A DNA stretch of 64,000 nucleotides from a virus. The number at the start of each line of letters is the position of its first letter. Within the stretch, counting starts at the first letter, position 1. The stretch covers positions 19,478-83,477 of IMG/VR virus record IMGVR_UViG_3300025785_000013; one strand, given 5' to 3'. The notes below the pieces were generated by a model. That model saw nothing but the letters and a program-made list of their open reading frames with translations. It did not search any database and was not told the origin of the DNA. The position numbers and the translations under genes are program-made. Shown here in pieces: positions 8,924 to 19,417 of the stretch.

Positions 8924-9435
8924 TGGGAATCGGCGTACCCCCACCGTGGATTGACGGTACCGAAGAAGACGATTGGGAAGATTGGTACGACCCACGCAAT
9001 CCTTGGACACCACTCCCCGGCGTTCGTACAGGAGCAGAACTCACTCGTGGTGAAAAAGCAGCCGACGCTATGCGAAACAAAATGGGTTCGTGGGCGTTCG
9101 TTGGTTGGTTCGTCGTGTTTATGGCGAGTTGGGCAGTCCTGAATAGTTTTGCCTTGAACAACAATGGCTTTGACCCGTACCCGTACATCTTGCTGAATCT
9201 GTTCTTGTCAATGCTCGCCGGTCTTCAGGGGGCCATCTTGCTGATTGCCGCCAAGCGAGCCGATGCCATCGCAGCAGAGCAGGCCCTATCCCACTTGACA
9301 ATCTCTAAAGCAAGTAGTGAAATCATTGCTGCGGTCAAAAAGGACTTGGCTTCCAATACTCACTTGACGCACGAGATTCACGCAGCACTGAAGGACATCC
9401 AGCACTACATTGCCGAAAGGGAGAACAATGACTGA
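8923..9435 (+). CDS. DUF1003-like membrane protein
   Basis: MGSWAFV...FDPYPYILLNLFLSMLAGLQGAILLIA. Confidence 0.85.
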   Translation: MGIGVPPPWIDGTEEDDWEDWYDPRNPWTPLPGVRTGAELTRGEKAADAMRNKMGSWAFVGWFVVFMASWAVLNSFALNNNGFDPYPYILLNLFLSMLAGLQGAILLIAAKRADAIAAEQALSHLTISKASSEIIAAVKKDLASNTHLTHEIHAALKDIQHYIAERENND

Positions 9436-9976
9436 CATCAACCGTGTTTCACCACACCCACGCCGTTCGATGGAGGAAATCAACCAATTCCTCGCACAGG
9501 AGAACGAGAACATCCTGAACTGGAAAGGTACGAACACGGCTGGCAGTGCTATTCAGGCACCCTTGAAGTCAACGATGACCAAGCGTCTCGTCACGGCTGG
9601 TGGTGGCCGTCGAAGGGCTGGCTCCGGGTACCAATTCGCTTCATCACCGGTTGAGCCAGAGTTCCCCGAAGGTGGCGACCCACGCTTCCGTGCAGTCCTG
9701 TCCGAGATGCTGAAATTGCATATCTCTAAGAGCAACGACTACGGCACGAACCGTGACCCCTATGCCAACTACCGGGCTGCCGAACAAATCGGCGTTTCAG
9801 CGTGGAAGTCCTGCTTCATCCGAGGTTTGGAAAAGGTGCAGCGCATCGCTAACGCAGCATCGGGCAAGCGTCTGAACCACGAGAGTGCTGAAAACTCGTT
9901 CCTCGACCTTGCCAATCACATTGTCATCGCCAAGGTTCTCTACGACGAGGAACAGGACAACAAACGCCAAATCTGA
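9428..9976 (+). CDS. nucleotide-modification-associated (DUF1599/Nmad1-like) protein
   Basis: KSNDYG...K..RI.N....NHES..NSFLDLANH helical motif. Confidence 0.65.
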   Translation: MTDINRVSPHPRRSMEEINQFLAQENENILNWKGTNTAGSAIQAPLKSTMTKRLVTAGGGRRRAGSGYQFASSPVEPEFPEGGDPRFRAVLSEMLKLHISKSNDYGTNRDPYANYRAAEQIGVSAWKSCFIRGLEKVQRIANAASGKRLNHESAENSFLDLANHIVIAKVLYDEEQDNKRQI

Positions 9977-10030
9977 AATTGTGTGGCAAAATGGGGGGGC
10001 AACTACGCTTACCCATAGGAGTTTTACCAG

Positions 10031-10813
10031 ATGGCTCTTGCTGCTCAGGCATTTCCAAACGAAGGTCTTGACCTTATTTTTAGCCAGTTGGCCATCTACT
10101 CCGGTGGTGTGACTACCCCGCAGACAACGGGCCTCAACCCTTACTACATCGGTCTTTTCACCTCATCCAGTGGCCTTGGAACGCAGGTTCCTTACGGTGC
10201 AGCCACTCTCGCTGTCGTTGATTCAGCCACGGGCTACACGGGAACCTACACGACGAACGGTGGTGGAACCGGTACTGGTGTCACTTTCCGTGAACTGGGA
10301 ACTGCTAATTCGACTGCTGCCGGGTACGCACGAGTGAGTGCGACGTACAGCCTGAGTTCGACTGCTGCTGCGACTGGTGCGACGAGTGGTACCTTGACGG
10401 CACTTTCAGCAACCGCTACTTGGACGCTCACGGTTAGTGCAACTGCCGGTCTTGCCGTTGGTATGAACATCACGGTCACCGATTCCTTGTCGGCGCAGGA
10501 GACACGAGTTATCACCAACATCCCAACGGGTAGTTCCATTGTGGTTCTCTCGGCTGCGCTCTCTGCGACCTGCAACTCTGGCGCAGCGTGGACTGCTGGA
10601 GATGCTGTAAACGGTCAGAAGTCAACTGCCCCAGCCGTCACGTTCACGGCCCAAGGCGTTTGGCCTGCCGTGTGTGGCTACTTCATCACCAACGTTGCAA
10701 GCGGTACGTCGGGCAAGATTGTCTACATTGCAAACTTTGCCGACACCTCAACGCCTATTCTCAACCCCAACGATTCACTGACGGTCACGCCTACTTGGTT
10801 GATGAGCAACTAG
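10031..10813 (+). CDS. virion structural / fibre-associated protein
   Basis: YIGLFT...GYARVS...VTFTA.G.W..V.GYFI...GKIVY...NDSLTVTP; Thr/Ala/Gly-rich. Confidence 0.7.
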   Translation: MALAAQAFPNEGLDLIFSQLAIYSGGVTTPQTTGLNPYYIGLFTSSSGLGTQVPYGAATLAVVDSATGYTGTYTTNGGGTGTGVTFRELGTANSTAAGYARVSATYSLSSTAAATGATSGTLTALSATATWTLTVSATAGLAVGMNITVTDSLSAQETRVITNIPTGSSIVVLSAALSATCNSGAAWTAGDAVNGQKSTAPAVTFTAQGVWPAVCGYFITNVASGTSGKIVYIANFADTSTPILNPNDSLTVTPTWLMSN

Positions 10814-10841
10814 GGAGGTGAAATCCCCTAGGGGATAGACG

Positions 10842-13800
10842 ATGGCTCGCACCCCTTATACACAGAACTCATACGTCGGTGGAGCATACGCTGCCACGCT
10901 GACGGGGAGCATCAACAGTTCTACGTCAACGATTTCACTGACGTTTTCCGGGACGCAGTACTCATCGTGGACTGGCCTCGGCATCGCCACTTCACCAAGT
11001 GGAGCGACGGCCAACGCTGGTTTCTTCCTGTCCATTGACTACAACTCGGCCTCTGAAGAAAAGGTCTGGGTTCCAGCGCAGACGATTTCGTGGACTACTT
11101 CTCCTATCACGCTCACTGGGGTTGTCCGTGGTCAAGACGGGACATCAGCAGTAAGCCACCTTGCTACGGCTGCCGTCATCCCTGTTCTGACAGCCTCTGA
11201 CATTTCAGAAGGCAACTACACGGTAAGCCAGACCGTTGGCCAAGTTCAGGCAGTCGGAGACATCCTCTACGGTTCAACGGCTCAGGCGTTCAGCAGGCTT
11301 CCAATTGGTTCTGCCGGGCAGGTTTTGGTTGCAGGCACGACTGGGCCGTTCTGGTCAACAACGAACACCAATGCCCACTCATCAGTGATTGTGGCTGACT
11401 TTGGTACCGGGGCAGCAGTCCTTGTCGGCACCAATGCTTCGTACACAGCCGGTACTACCGATGCCAGTGGTGGTTTGGGTATCGGCGCAAGAATCACGGG
11501 AAACAGCACGGGAACGCTGACAATTGACGGGGTGGGTCTGACTGGTTCCTACGCTAACTCCCGTGTGTTGATTGCTGGAAACACCAGCACGCAATCTAAG
11601 TACAACGGCATTTACACGCTCACTACCGTTGGAAATACCACCACTCCCTACGTCCTCACCCGTGCAACTGACTACAACGACAGCATTGCTGGCGAGGTTG
11701 CTCCCGGTGACTACGTTCTTACGATTCAAGGAAGTTCCTACGCAGGCCGAACGTTTGTAATGAACGCCACTGGCTCCGGTGCTAGTGGAATCACCATTAT
11801 TGGAACCGACCCCATCACTTGGGTGCAATCCGGTGGTGTCGGCCCGACAGGGCCTACTGGCCCTACCGGTGCTGGTGGCACACTAGGCTACTACGGTTCA
11901 TTTTACGACACCACCACGCAGTCAGTAGGTTCTGCCAACACGCCTACGGCAATGACCTTCAACACCACGGCGGAGAACAACGGTGTCTCCATCACCAGCA
12001 GCAGCCACATTTTGTTTGCCAACGCCGGAACCTACAACGTGCAGTTCTCGGCGCAACTCACGCAGACCGATAACAGCATTGACCAAGTGCAGATTTGGCT
12101 CCGCAAGAACGGCAGCGACCTCACAGAGACCAACACCACGGTCACGATGGACAAGCAGAACAGCGACAAAGTTGCCTCGTGGAACTTTGTGCTTACCGTC
12201 GCAGCCAACGATTACTTGCAACTTATGTGGGAATCTAATTCCACGAGTGTGACGTTACTGGCTCAATCTGCGGGTAGCAATTACCCTGCTACGCCTTCCA
12301 TCATCTTGACCGTACAGCAAGTGATGTACACCCAGATTGGCCCTACAGGGGCCACAGGTGCCACTGGAGCCACTGGAGCCACCGGCCCGACTGGTGCTGG
12401 CTACTCAGGTGTCACTTCAACCTCTACGGTCAACCTCGGCACGGGAAGCGCAGTTTTTTCCGGTATCACCTCAACCGGGGCGTTCCAAATTGGACAGCGC
12501 GCTCGTGCCATCTCTACGGCGAACACGAGCCAATACGTTGAAGGCACCATCACGGCGTTGACGGCCAATACGTCAATCACCATCAACGTAGATACGTTCG
12601 CTGGTTCGGGCAGCCCGTCATCGTGGTCTATTGCCGTTGCTGGAAACGTTGGCAACACCGGGGCAACCGGGGCAACTGGAGCAACAGGTGCAACTGGAGC
12701 AACCGGGGCAACTGGTGCTACAGGAGCAACGGGTGCGACGGGTGCAAGTGGTTCGTTTGGAACAGCAAACGCTCCACTCTCCCTCTCTGGCACGACGCTT
12801 TCCATTTCCAATGCTACGACGGGTGCAAGTGGTGTAATCACGCTCGGCGGCGACCTCAACGCAACGGGTTCGACGGCAGGAACTCCCCGTGTCGGTTCGT
12901 GGCAAGGACAAGCCTTCACCACCGGAACAACGGCTGGTCAAGTTTACATCTTCAGTGGCACAACTTGGGCAGCCACTTCCCTTTCTGGCGACGTAACGGT
13001 TTCGGCTGCTGGAACTGCCACCCTTGCCACAACCGGCCCCGGCGCAGGCACTTACGGCTCATCGGGTTCGACTATCTCCCACGCCATTATTTCACTAGAC
13101 GCAAAGGGTCGGGTCACAGGTGCAACATCAAGTCCTGCAAGTCTCGTCGCAGGTGTTCTAAACGCAACAAGCGCAACAACTTGGACTGCCTCGGCATCTG
13201 ATAACGGACAGTTCGTTCGCTTCAGCAGCACAGTCGTTGTGACCCTTCCGGCAACGGCTCCTTCAGCCCCTTGGCTTGCCACCTATTACGGCTCAGGCTC
13301 GCTCACGATTACACCAAGTTCGCCAGCGACGCTCAACGGTTTGTCATCGTCGTATTACCTATCGTCGGGTATTCCAGCACTGGTTTGGACAGACGGAACC
13401 AACTACTTCGTGCAGCCATCTATTTCAACAGGAAACTGGACCGCTACTTCCTATCTGAACGCAACTCAATACATCACTGCTGCGAATACACTTCTCACCC
13501 TCGGCAACAAGGCGGTCTATAACGGAACCGTATCAACGGCACTGACCCTCAACTCTGCTTCAACAAACAACTACATTCCGCAAATCCTCGTCAATGGCTC
13601 TACCCAGACGGTTTACCTCTTGCCGAATGGACAGGTGACGGGTTCACCAAGCATCCTCAACGCTTACGGCACGACCTATGCGGGCTATGTCGTTGGGGTT
13701 GGCGGCATTTCCACCAACGGAACCATTTGGACAGTCACGACTGGAACAACCCACAACTTCTTGACCGGGCAGACAGTTTACCTTGGTGGCATTTCTGCCG

Positions 13801-15047
13801 GTGGCTCTACTGCCTACAACGGTTCGTTTACGATTGCCTCTACAGGTGCAACCAACACTTTCACCATCGCAAATACGGCTCAACCCGGTGCAGTCACTTT
13901 CGCTGGCACTGCAACCGTGCAACCCTTCCCCCTTCCAGCAGGAGGGGCAGTTTCGTATCAAGGCATCAGCGGTTCAACTAATGCAGTCTGGCTCACTGGT
14001 TCCAATCCGCAAACGCTCTCTGGTGATGTGACGGTTGGCAATACAGGAGCAGCCACGGTCAACAAGGTTCAGGGTGTAGCAATCAGCGGAACGCCTTCTG
14101 CTGGTCAAGTTCTGACGGCTTCAGCAACAAACGCTGCATCGTGGTCGGCACAGTCAAGTGTCACGGTCCTTTCCACCACGGGAGGAACGGGAACTGCTGG
14201 CACGACAGGAACCTACACGGTGCCTTCTTGGGCTACCAACCTTCACGTCATCTGCGTTGGTGGTGGAGGTGGGGGTGCAGGTGGTGGATACTTTGCAGGG
14301 ACAACCGGCTACGCCAGTGGGGGCGTTGGCGGGAATGGTGGAAATGCCACAATTATTGACATTCCTGTCACCGCGTCCCTTATCTCTTCGGGTATTCCTT
14401 ACGGCATCGGTGGTGGTGGAACTGGAGGGACTTGTGCCTCATCAACGACAACTTCTGGTGCTGCTGGGGGAACGGGAGCGACTACCTACTTCGGCTCAAC
14501 AAACGCTGCGACCAACTCCTACTGCTACGCCAGTGGTGGGGTGGGTGGTTCGACTGGTGGAAAGTTCAATACTTCATCATTCATCTACAACTTCCAAGGT
14601 GTGGTCACCAACGCTCAGACTTCGGGAAACGTTCTCTACGGTGGCGTTGGGGGCTATGGGGGAACTGGAGGAACTGCTGGTGTTGCTGGAACCAATGCTC
14701 AGCAGGGAACCCTTGGTGGCTTCACTGGAGGCGGTGGAGGCGGTGGAGGATGCAGTTTCAACACTGGCAACTCCAACGGTGGGGCTGGTGGAAAGCCAGA
14801 CATCTCGCCCGGTATGTCCACCGTTGGTGCTGGTGGTGTTGTTTCTGGTTCGGCAGCCACGAGTGGAAGCACCTTTGGATACGCTTCGCCGGGTGCCGGT
14901 GGTGGAAACGGCAACAACACTCCAACTCCAGCAGGAGCCAACGGAGTTTACGGTGGAGGTGGAGGTGGAGGCGGTGCTGCTGCCAACACAACAACTGGCG
15001 TTGGTGGAAATGGTGGCGCAGGCTACATCGTTGTTATTGCGACCTAA
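10842..15047 (+). CDS. long fibre protein with collagen-like repeats and glycine-rich C-terminus
   Basis: (GAT)n/(GPT)n triplets; LTRATDY motif; C-terminal GGGGGG...GGNGGAGYIVV domain. Confidence 0.85.
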   Translation: MARTPYTQNSYVGGAYAATLTGSINSSTSTISLTFSGTQYSSWTGLGIATSPSGATANAGFFLSIDYNSASEEKVWVPAQTISWTTSPITLTGVVRGQDGTSAVSHLATAAVIPVLTASDISEGNYTVSQTVGQVQAVGDILYGSTAQAFSRLPIGSAGQVLVAGTTGPFWSTTNTNAHSSVIVADFGTGAAVLVGTNASYTAGTTDASGGLGIGARITGNSTGTLTIDGVGLTGSYANSRVLIAGNTSTQSKYNGIYTLTTVGNTTTPYVLTRATDYNDSIAGEVAPGDYVLTIQGSSYAGRTFVMNATGSGASGITIIGTDPITWVQSGGVGPTGPTGPTGAGGTLGYYGSFYDTTTQSVGSANTPTAMTFNTTAENNGVSITSSSHILFANAGTYNVQFSAQLTQTDNSIDQVQIWLRKNGSDLTETNTTVTMDKQNSDKVASWNFVLTVAANDYLQLMWESNSTSVTLLAQSAGSNYPATPSIILTVQQVMYTQIGPTGATGATGATGATGPTGAGYSGVTSTSTVNLGTGSAVFSGITSTGAFQIGQRARAISTANTSQYVEGTITALTANTSITINVDTFAGSGSPSSWSIAVAGNVGNTGATGATGATGATGATGATGATGATGATGASGSFGTANAPLSLSGTTLSISNATTGASGVITLGGDLNATGSTAGTPRVGSWQGQAFTTGTTAGQVYIFSGTTWAATSLSGDVTVSAAGTATLATTGPGAGTYGSSGSTISHAIISLDAKGRVTGATSSPASLVAGVLNATSATTWTASASDNGQFVRFSSTVVVTLPATAPSAPWLATYYGSGSLTITPSSPATLNGLSSSYYLSSGIPALVWTDGTNYFVQPSISTGNWTATSYLNATQYITAANTLLTLGNKAVYNGTVSTALTLNSASTNNYIPQILVNGSTQTVYLLPNGQVTGSPSILNAYGTTYAGYVVGVGGISTNGTIWTVTTGTTHNFLTGQTVYLGGISAGGSTAYNGSFTIASTGATNTFTIANTAQPGAVTFAGTATVQPFPLPAGGAVSYQGISGSTNAVWLTGSNPQTLSGDVTVGNTGAATVNKVQGVAISGTPSAGQVLTASATNAASWSAQSSVTVLSTTGGTGTAGTTGTYTVPSWATNLHVICVGGGGGGAGGGYFAGTTGYASGGVGGNGGNATIIDIPVTASLISSGIPYGIGGGGTGGTCASSTTTSGAAGGTGATTYFGSTNAATNSYCYASGGVGGSTGGKFNTSSFIYNFQGVVTNAQTSGNVLYGGVGGYGGTGGTAGVAGTNAQQGTLGGFTGGGGGGGGCSFNTGNSNGGAGGKPDISPGMSTVGAGGVVSGSAATSGSTFGYASPGAGGGNGNNTPTPAGANGVYGGGGGGGGAAANTTTGVGGNGGAGYIVVIAT
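12659..12750 (+). repeat. collagen-like 9-bp coding repeat (Gly-Ala-Thr)n
   Basis: About 10 tandem GGNGCAACN units. Confidence 0.85.
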
Positions 15048-15055
15048 GGGTTTAG

Positions 15056-16546
15056 ATGCCTCTTGCTAACGAGCAAATTGGACAGACTTTCCTTGGTGGT
15101 GCCGAGTTCTTCTTCAGTGGGCGCACCATCGGGGAAGTCGCCGTCTCCAGTGAAATCGAAATAGCCGAAGCCGTTGACAGCCACAAGTACAACAAAGTTT
15201 CTGAAGTTCCTGCTTTGGAAAACAGCACGGGCGAAACTTCGGTCATCCACGCTCGTTCAAGTTCCAACGCTTTGGTGGAAACCGATGAGGGAACGACATC
15301 GCACACTTCCAAAACTGTCTCATCTGTTGCAGAAACAGCAACAGCCACCGACGGCAACAAATCTGCACGAAAGTCTGCTTCCAGCATTGTGGAACAAGAC
15401 GGAACGGCCATTGCCGAAGACGCGACCAGCCGGACAAAAAATAGTTTGGCCAGTGAAATCCAAAACTCGCAAGCAGTTGACATCCGCACACGGAACCCTG
15501 TTAGCGCAGTGTTTGAAGTGGAAACCACTGCTGCTCCAAAGGTCTACGGCAGGAACGTCGTTTCAAAAGCGAGTGTTATTGAATCCAGCACCAACAACAA
15601 GCAGTACGCCCGGAACCTTGTCAGCCACGTCGAACTTCGCAATACCCGTGAGCAACACAAGAAGAACAGCATCCTTGGCCTTGGCGCACTTGGGGCTGGC
15701 TACCTTGGGTACTGGATGGCTGGCTTCCTTCCAAAACAGACCGTTCCAGCAGCCGATGGTGCGATTCGTGGAAAAGTAAGCGACGCATCTCTGGTGGAAT
15801 CCCAAACAAGCCAGCGAATCGCTGCGTTCGTCAATAACGGCACGACAACGGAGACGTTCACCACTGATGGCGTAGATTCCCGGACTGTTCCCCGTACTGG
15901 TTCGATATCTGAAACGTTTGCAGCCGAGGCAACTGGTGGAAAAATCCGCAATGCCCTTTCTTCGTCGGCCCTGTTCCAAAGTAGTTCTGCCGTCAAGAAG
16001 CAAAACTTGCCACGCCTTTCAACAGTTGCCGAAGTGCTGGTCAGTGCAGCCACGGGCCAAAACGTTCGTCGGCCCATTTCGGCAGTGGTGGAATCCTCGC
16101 AGCAAACCAATACCAAGAGCCACGGATTTGGCCGACTTTCTTCTGCGTTCCAAACGTTCGTTGCGGCTGCAACAACCGGGCGTACCCGAACCGAAGTTGG
16201 TGAAACGGCCTTCGTACAGGCCGAAGCAGGCGTTCGCTCTACGATTCACAGGGAAACTGGAGCAGCAAAACTCGTAGAGGCCAAGACCGAAGCCAAGAAG
16301 ACTTCCTACCTGACCAATTCAGCAGCATCTCTGGTGCAAGCCGTATCTAGTAGCCGTTCGTTGCAAGCAATTGTTAACGGTGCTGGAATCCTCGTTCAGG
16401 TCGCTTCGTGCTTCAGTTTTGCTCGCATCATCACCAACCCCCTGCCCGAAACGTATATCGAAAAAACGGCTGCTGGGGTGTATGGTGAAATGTCCCAAAT
16501 TCTTTTTGAAGACGGTGGAGTAGGCTCTTACAAGGACGGCCCATAA
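15056..16546 (+). CDS. Ser/Thr/Ala-rich repetitive virion protein
   Basis: Quasi-periodic ~17-aa segments; lies between fibre and neck genes. Confidence 0.6.
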   Translation: MPLANEQIGQTFLGGAEFFFSGRTIGEVAVSSEIEIAEAVDSHKYNKVSEVPALENSTGETSVIHARSSSNALVETDEGTTSHTSKTVSSVAETATATDGNKSARKSASSIVEQDGTAIAEDATSRTKNSLASEIQNSQAVDIRTRNPVSAVFEVETTAAPKVYGRNVVSKASVIESSTNNKQYARNLVSHVELRNTREQHKKNSILGLGALGAGYLGYWMAGFLPKQTVPAADGAIRGKVSDASLVESQTSQRIAAFVNNGTTTETFTTDGVDSRTVPRTGSISETFAAEATGGKIRNALSSSALFQSSSAVKKQNLPRLSTVAEVLVSAATGQNVRRPISAVVESSQQTNTKSHGFGRLSSAFQTFVAAATTGRTRTEVGETAFVQAEAGVRSTIHRETGAAKLVEAKTEAKKTSYLTNSAASLVQAVSSSRSLQAIVNGAGILVQVASCFSFARIITNPLPETYIEKTAAGVYGEMSQILFEDGGVGSYKDGP

Positions 16547-16548
16547 AA

Positions 16549-16881
16549 ATGACGATTAACTACCCAACTCCAGCAGCCAGTCTCCCAGAACTGGAATTTA
16601 CTTGGGAAGATGCCGTGGGGAACGTCATAGATTTCAGCATCCCGGACTGGTCGTTCCAATTGAAGATTGGACGTTTCCCCAGTCCAGCCGTTTTGACCAA
16701 GACCAGTGGGATTCAAGGCTTTGCCGTCGCCCCAAATCTCATTGTCAATTGGAACCCCGGTGACCTCAACAAGTTGACCCCCGGTGTGTGGTACTTGCAA
16801 GTGACAGCAACCTACGGCCCAACGGCGCAGCAGCGTGTGTTGACCGGCTCTATCCGTATTGACCAACCAGTGATGTCGTAG
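16549..16881 (+). CDS. small virion protein (BppU N-terminal-like Ig fold)
   Basis: LEFTWEDAVGNVIDFS...GVWYLQV...GSIRI. Confidence 0.55.
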   Translation: MTINYPTPAASLPELEFTWEDAVGNVIDFSIPDWSFQLKIGRFPSPAVLTKTSGIQGFAVAPNLIVNWNPGDLNKLTPGVWYLQVTATYGPTAQQRVLTGSIRIDQPVMS

Positions 16882-16889
16882 GTGAAAAG

Positions 16890-17408
16890 ATGACGTGGAC
16901 ATACACGCAAGACCCAACCAGTTCCGTCAAGGATGCCGTGCGCTTCCTCATCGGAGACACCAACGAAGGTGACCCGCTTCTCCAAGACGAGGAAATCTAC
17001 TTCAACCTCTCTGAGGTGAATATGGATGTCTACCGTGCTGCATCGAACAGTTGCTACAACTTGGCTGCCAAGTTCACCCAGCAGGCAACCAACGTCTCCA
17101 AGAGCGTCGGTGGCCTCTCCCTGAGCCAAGGCTACGGTGACCGAGCGCAGCGTTTTGAGCGTCTGGCCAAGGACTTGCTGATTCGCAGCCGTCGTGTCAA
17201 TCCCCCGATTGCCAACGTTGACCCCCACGCACTCTGGGCAGAACTCAAAGTTGGTGGCCTTGACCCGTACATCCTCACTGAAAACACTTGGCCGACGAAC
17301 TCAGAACTCGGCACAACGACTTCCTACGGGATGGGCTACAACCCCGGTGGTGGTGAAAACAACTCCGATGCCAACGGCGATGAATACAACGGCAACGATG
17401 TACCGTGA
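16890..17408 (+). CDS. head-tail adaptor
   Basis: WTY..DP....KDAVRFLIGDT....PLLQDEEI. Confidence 0.8.
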   Translation: MTWTYTQDPTSSVKDAVRFLIGDTNEGDPLLQDEEIYFNLSEVNMDVYRAASNSCYNLAAKFTQQATNVSKSVGGLSLSQGYGDRAQRFERLAKDLLIRSRRVNPPIANVDPHALWAELKVGGLDPYILTENTWPTNSELGTTTSYGMGYNPGGGENNSDANGDEYNGNDVP

Positions 17409-17815
17409 GTATTGACCCAGAACTTCTGGCGATAATGACCCAGACCATTATCGTCCAAAACCCGATTGCAGCAAAAAGCCCCGGTGGTGGCCCACCGGTT
17501 TTGGATGGCTACGGGAGACACTACGTCAACAGCAGTGGGCAAAGTGGTTCGACGGTGGAATACGGCCCACCAGTGACCTACAAGTGTCGCTTGGAGTACA
17601 AAATGAAGGTGCTGGCCACTGAAAATGGCCGTGACCGGATGAGTTCTGGCCGTGCCTACCTCAACGGTTTCTACCCCAACCTCACTACTGAGTGTCTGGT
17701 CGTTGTCCCAAACCAGACGCAGGAATCCTTGAAGTACCCAGTGGTGATGTATGTAGAGAACAACTTCGATGAGACTGGCCTGACGGGGTACAACACCGTT
17801 CTGCACTTTGAATAG
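17405..17815 (+). CDS. head closure protein
   Basis: DGYG...YG..VTYKCRLE...GR...S...Y; synteny. Confidence 0.7.
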   Translation: MSIDPELLAIMTQTIIVQNPIAAKSPGGGPPVLDGYGRHYVNSSGQSGSTVEYGPPVTYKCRLEYKMKVLATENGRDRMSSGRAYLNGFYPNLTTECLVVVPNQTQESLKYPVVMYVENNFDETGLTGYNTVLHFE

Positions 17816-17826
17816 GGGGCAGTGAA

Positions 17827-18216
17827 ATGGCCGAAGAACTTACTGCCGAAGTCTCGCTCCACCTGTTCAATATGATGAACGCTCCAAAGCGTGTTTTGGA
17901 GGAAATGGTTGATGCCTATAACGAATATCTGCACTTCGTTTTTCAACTGAGCCAAGAGTTAGTCCCAGTGGACACTGGTGATTTGATGATGAGTGGCCAA
18001 GTTGACGATGCCGTGCTCCGTGACGAAAACACGGTTGGTGGGTCAATCACCTACGGCGACAATTTGGTGGATTACGCAGTGATTGTCCACGAAGATTTGG
18101 ATGCTTACCACGAGTATCCAACGCAGGCGAAGTACCTTGAACAACCGTTTACCGACAATTTCCCCGACCTCGTAGAAGACGTAAAGCGTAGAATCCGAAA
18201 GGCGTTGAAAGAATAA
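17827..18216 (+). CDS. neck protein (HK97 gp10-like)
   Basis: SQELVPVDTGDL, YAVIVHE, QAKYLEQP. Confidence 0.85.
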   Translation: MAEELTAEVSLHLFNMMNAPKRVLEEMVDAYNEYLHFVFQLSQELVPVDTGDLMMSGQVDDAVLRDENTVGGSITYGDNLVDYAVIVHEDLDAYHEYPTQAKYLEQPFTDNFPDLVEDVKRRIRKALKE

Positions 18217-18650
18217 TGGCACTCCTTGATTCGATGGGCCAGTATCTCCAAGACCAGACAGCCAGTCTCCCTAGCAATCAGCAGTTGACCCTCGGTGGGA
18301 ACCTGTTCCTTGGTCGCTTCCCGGCAGAAGCCCCGAACGCTGCCGTCCTCATCCAACAATACGGTGGTGGAACTCCGACGATGACGATGGGTTCAGCACC
18401 GGCGGTCATTGAGAATCCAAAACTCCAGTTGCTCGTTCGTGGTGAGCGAGAGGACTACCCGGATGCCTACCAGTTGGCCTACATCCTTTGGACAATTTTG
18501 TCCTCAGTGGTCACAAACGTCACCATTGACGGCACCAACATTCTCCGTATCGCTCCTATGGGGATGCCGAACTACATCGGCTACGACGATACTGACCGAC
18601 CTAAGTTCACCATCAACTTCACAGCGATGGTCGCTACGCCCTCGTCGTGA
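18216..18650 (+). CDS. tail terminator protein
   Basis: LFLGRFP..PN...YGG...PKLQLLVRG...IGYDDTDRPKFTINF. Confidence 0.8.
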   Translation: MALLDSMGQYLQDQTASLPSNQQLTLGGNLFLGRFPAEAPNAAVLIQQYGGGTPTMTMGSAPAVIENPKLQLLVRGEREDYPDAYQLAYILWTILSSVVTNVTIDGTNILRIAPMGMPNYIGYDDTDRPKFTINFTAMVATPSS

Positions 18651-18883
18651 GCGAACTCAACCTTGTACTGAAATCCATTGAGGCTGCCAAGGCAGCCAAC
18701 CTCGCAGCCATCCGTGCTTTGGAAGCCGTCGAACAGATGTTGGGTGGTTCTGCCCCTGAGCCTGAGCCAGAGACGGAGCCGGAACAGCAGCCTGAGGGAT
18801 GCCAACACACCGATGCCGTGAAGGTTCCTACGGTCAACGGCTCGTTCCTCGTCTGCCCCTGCGGGCATCAGCAAGAAATCTAA
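18647..18883 (+). CDS. small protein with C-terminal CxH...CPCG
   Basis: ORF track; coupled to upstream gene. Confidence 0.65.
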   Translation: MSELNLVLKSIEAAKAANLAAIRALEAVEQMLGGSAPEPEPETEPEQQPEGCQHTDAVKVPTVNGSFLVCPCGHQQEI

Positions 18884-18892
18884 AATCCTGAC

Positions 18893-18921
18893 TTGACTTT
18901 GTTCTAACCCTAATGTAAACT
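18893..18921 (+). promoter_or_regulatory. promoter with leaderless start
   Basis: TTGACT-17 nt-TAAACT, then 6 nt to ATG at 18928. Confidence 0.75.
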
Positions 18922-18927
18922 TAGGGT

Positions 18928-19074
18928 ATGAGCAACCTCACAGAAGAACAGCAAGCAGCGATGAACAGATTCGCTCAGGACTTTGCAGCAGTGCTTTTTC
19001 CCATTGTGCGTAGGAAGTACGAGCAAGACCTGAGCAACGGAGCCACCGAAGCCCAGACGATAGGAGAGCAATGA
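18928..19074 (+). CDS. small hypothetical protein (48 aa, MSNLTEEQQAAM...)
   Basis: Own translation; leaderless ATG; ATGA overlap with next gene. Confidence 0.65.
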   Translation: MSNLTEEQQAAMNRFAQDFAAVLFPIVRRKYEQDLSNGATEAQTIGEQ

Positions 19075-19364
19075 ACACCATCACCCCTCTGTTCCCCCTT
19101 GGGAACGTGGTCATCACGACCAACGCCCTGAACACCCTCACCGAGGCCAACCCTGAGGCTTCCTACGAGATGGTCAAAATCCTTGGCCGTCACCAGTCTG
19201 GCGACTGGGGAATCGTTGACAACGAGGACAAGAGTTCCAACGACGATGCCGTGAAGAACGGAAGCCGTATCCTGTCGGCCTACGAAATCGAAGGCATCAA
19301 GGTGTGGGTCATCACCGAGTATGACCGGAGCATCACCACCATTTTGCTCCCTGAGGACTACTAA
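19071..19364 (+). CDS. conserved mobile-element small protein
   Basis: RHQSGDWG...N..A...GSRILSAY...VWVITEYDRSITTILLPEDY pattern. Confidence 0.75.
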   Translation: MNTITPLFPLGNVVITTNALNTLTEANPEASYEMVKILGRHQSGDWGIVDNEDKSSNDDAVKNGSRILSAYEIEGIKVWVITEYDRSITTILLPEDY

Positions 19365-19417
19365 GCAGCCAATCCAAGGTTGTGTAGAATCCCCTAGGGA
19401 AATACACAGGAGACAAA

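Noticed and set aside
14158-15069. Alternative-frame ORFs over the glycine-rich fibre end
   Set aside because: By-products of GGT/GGA repeats
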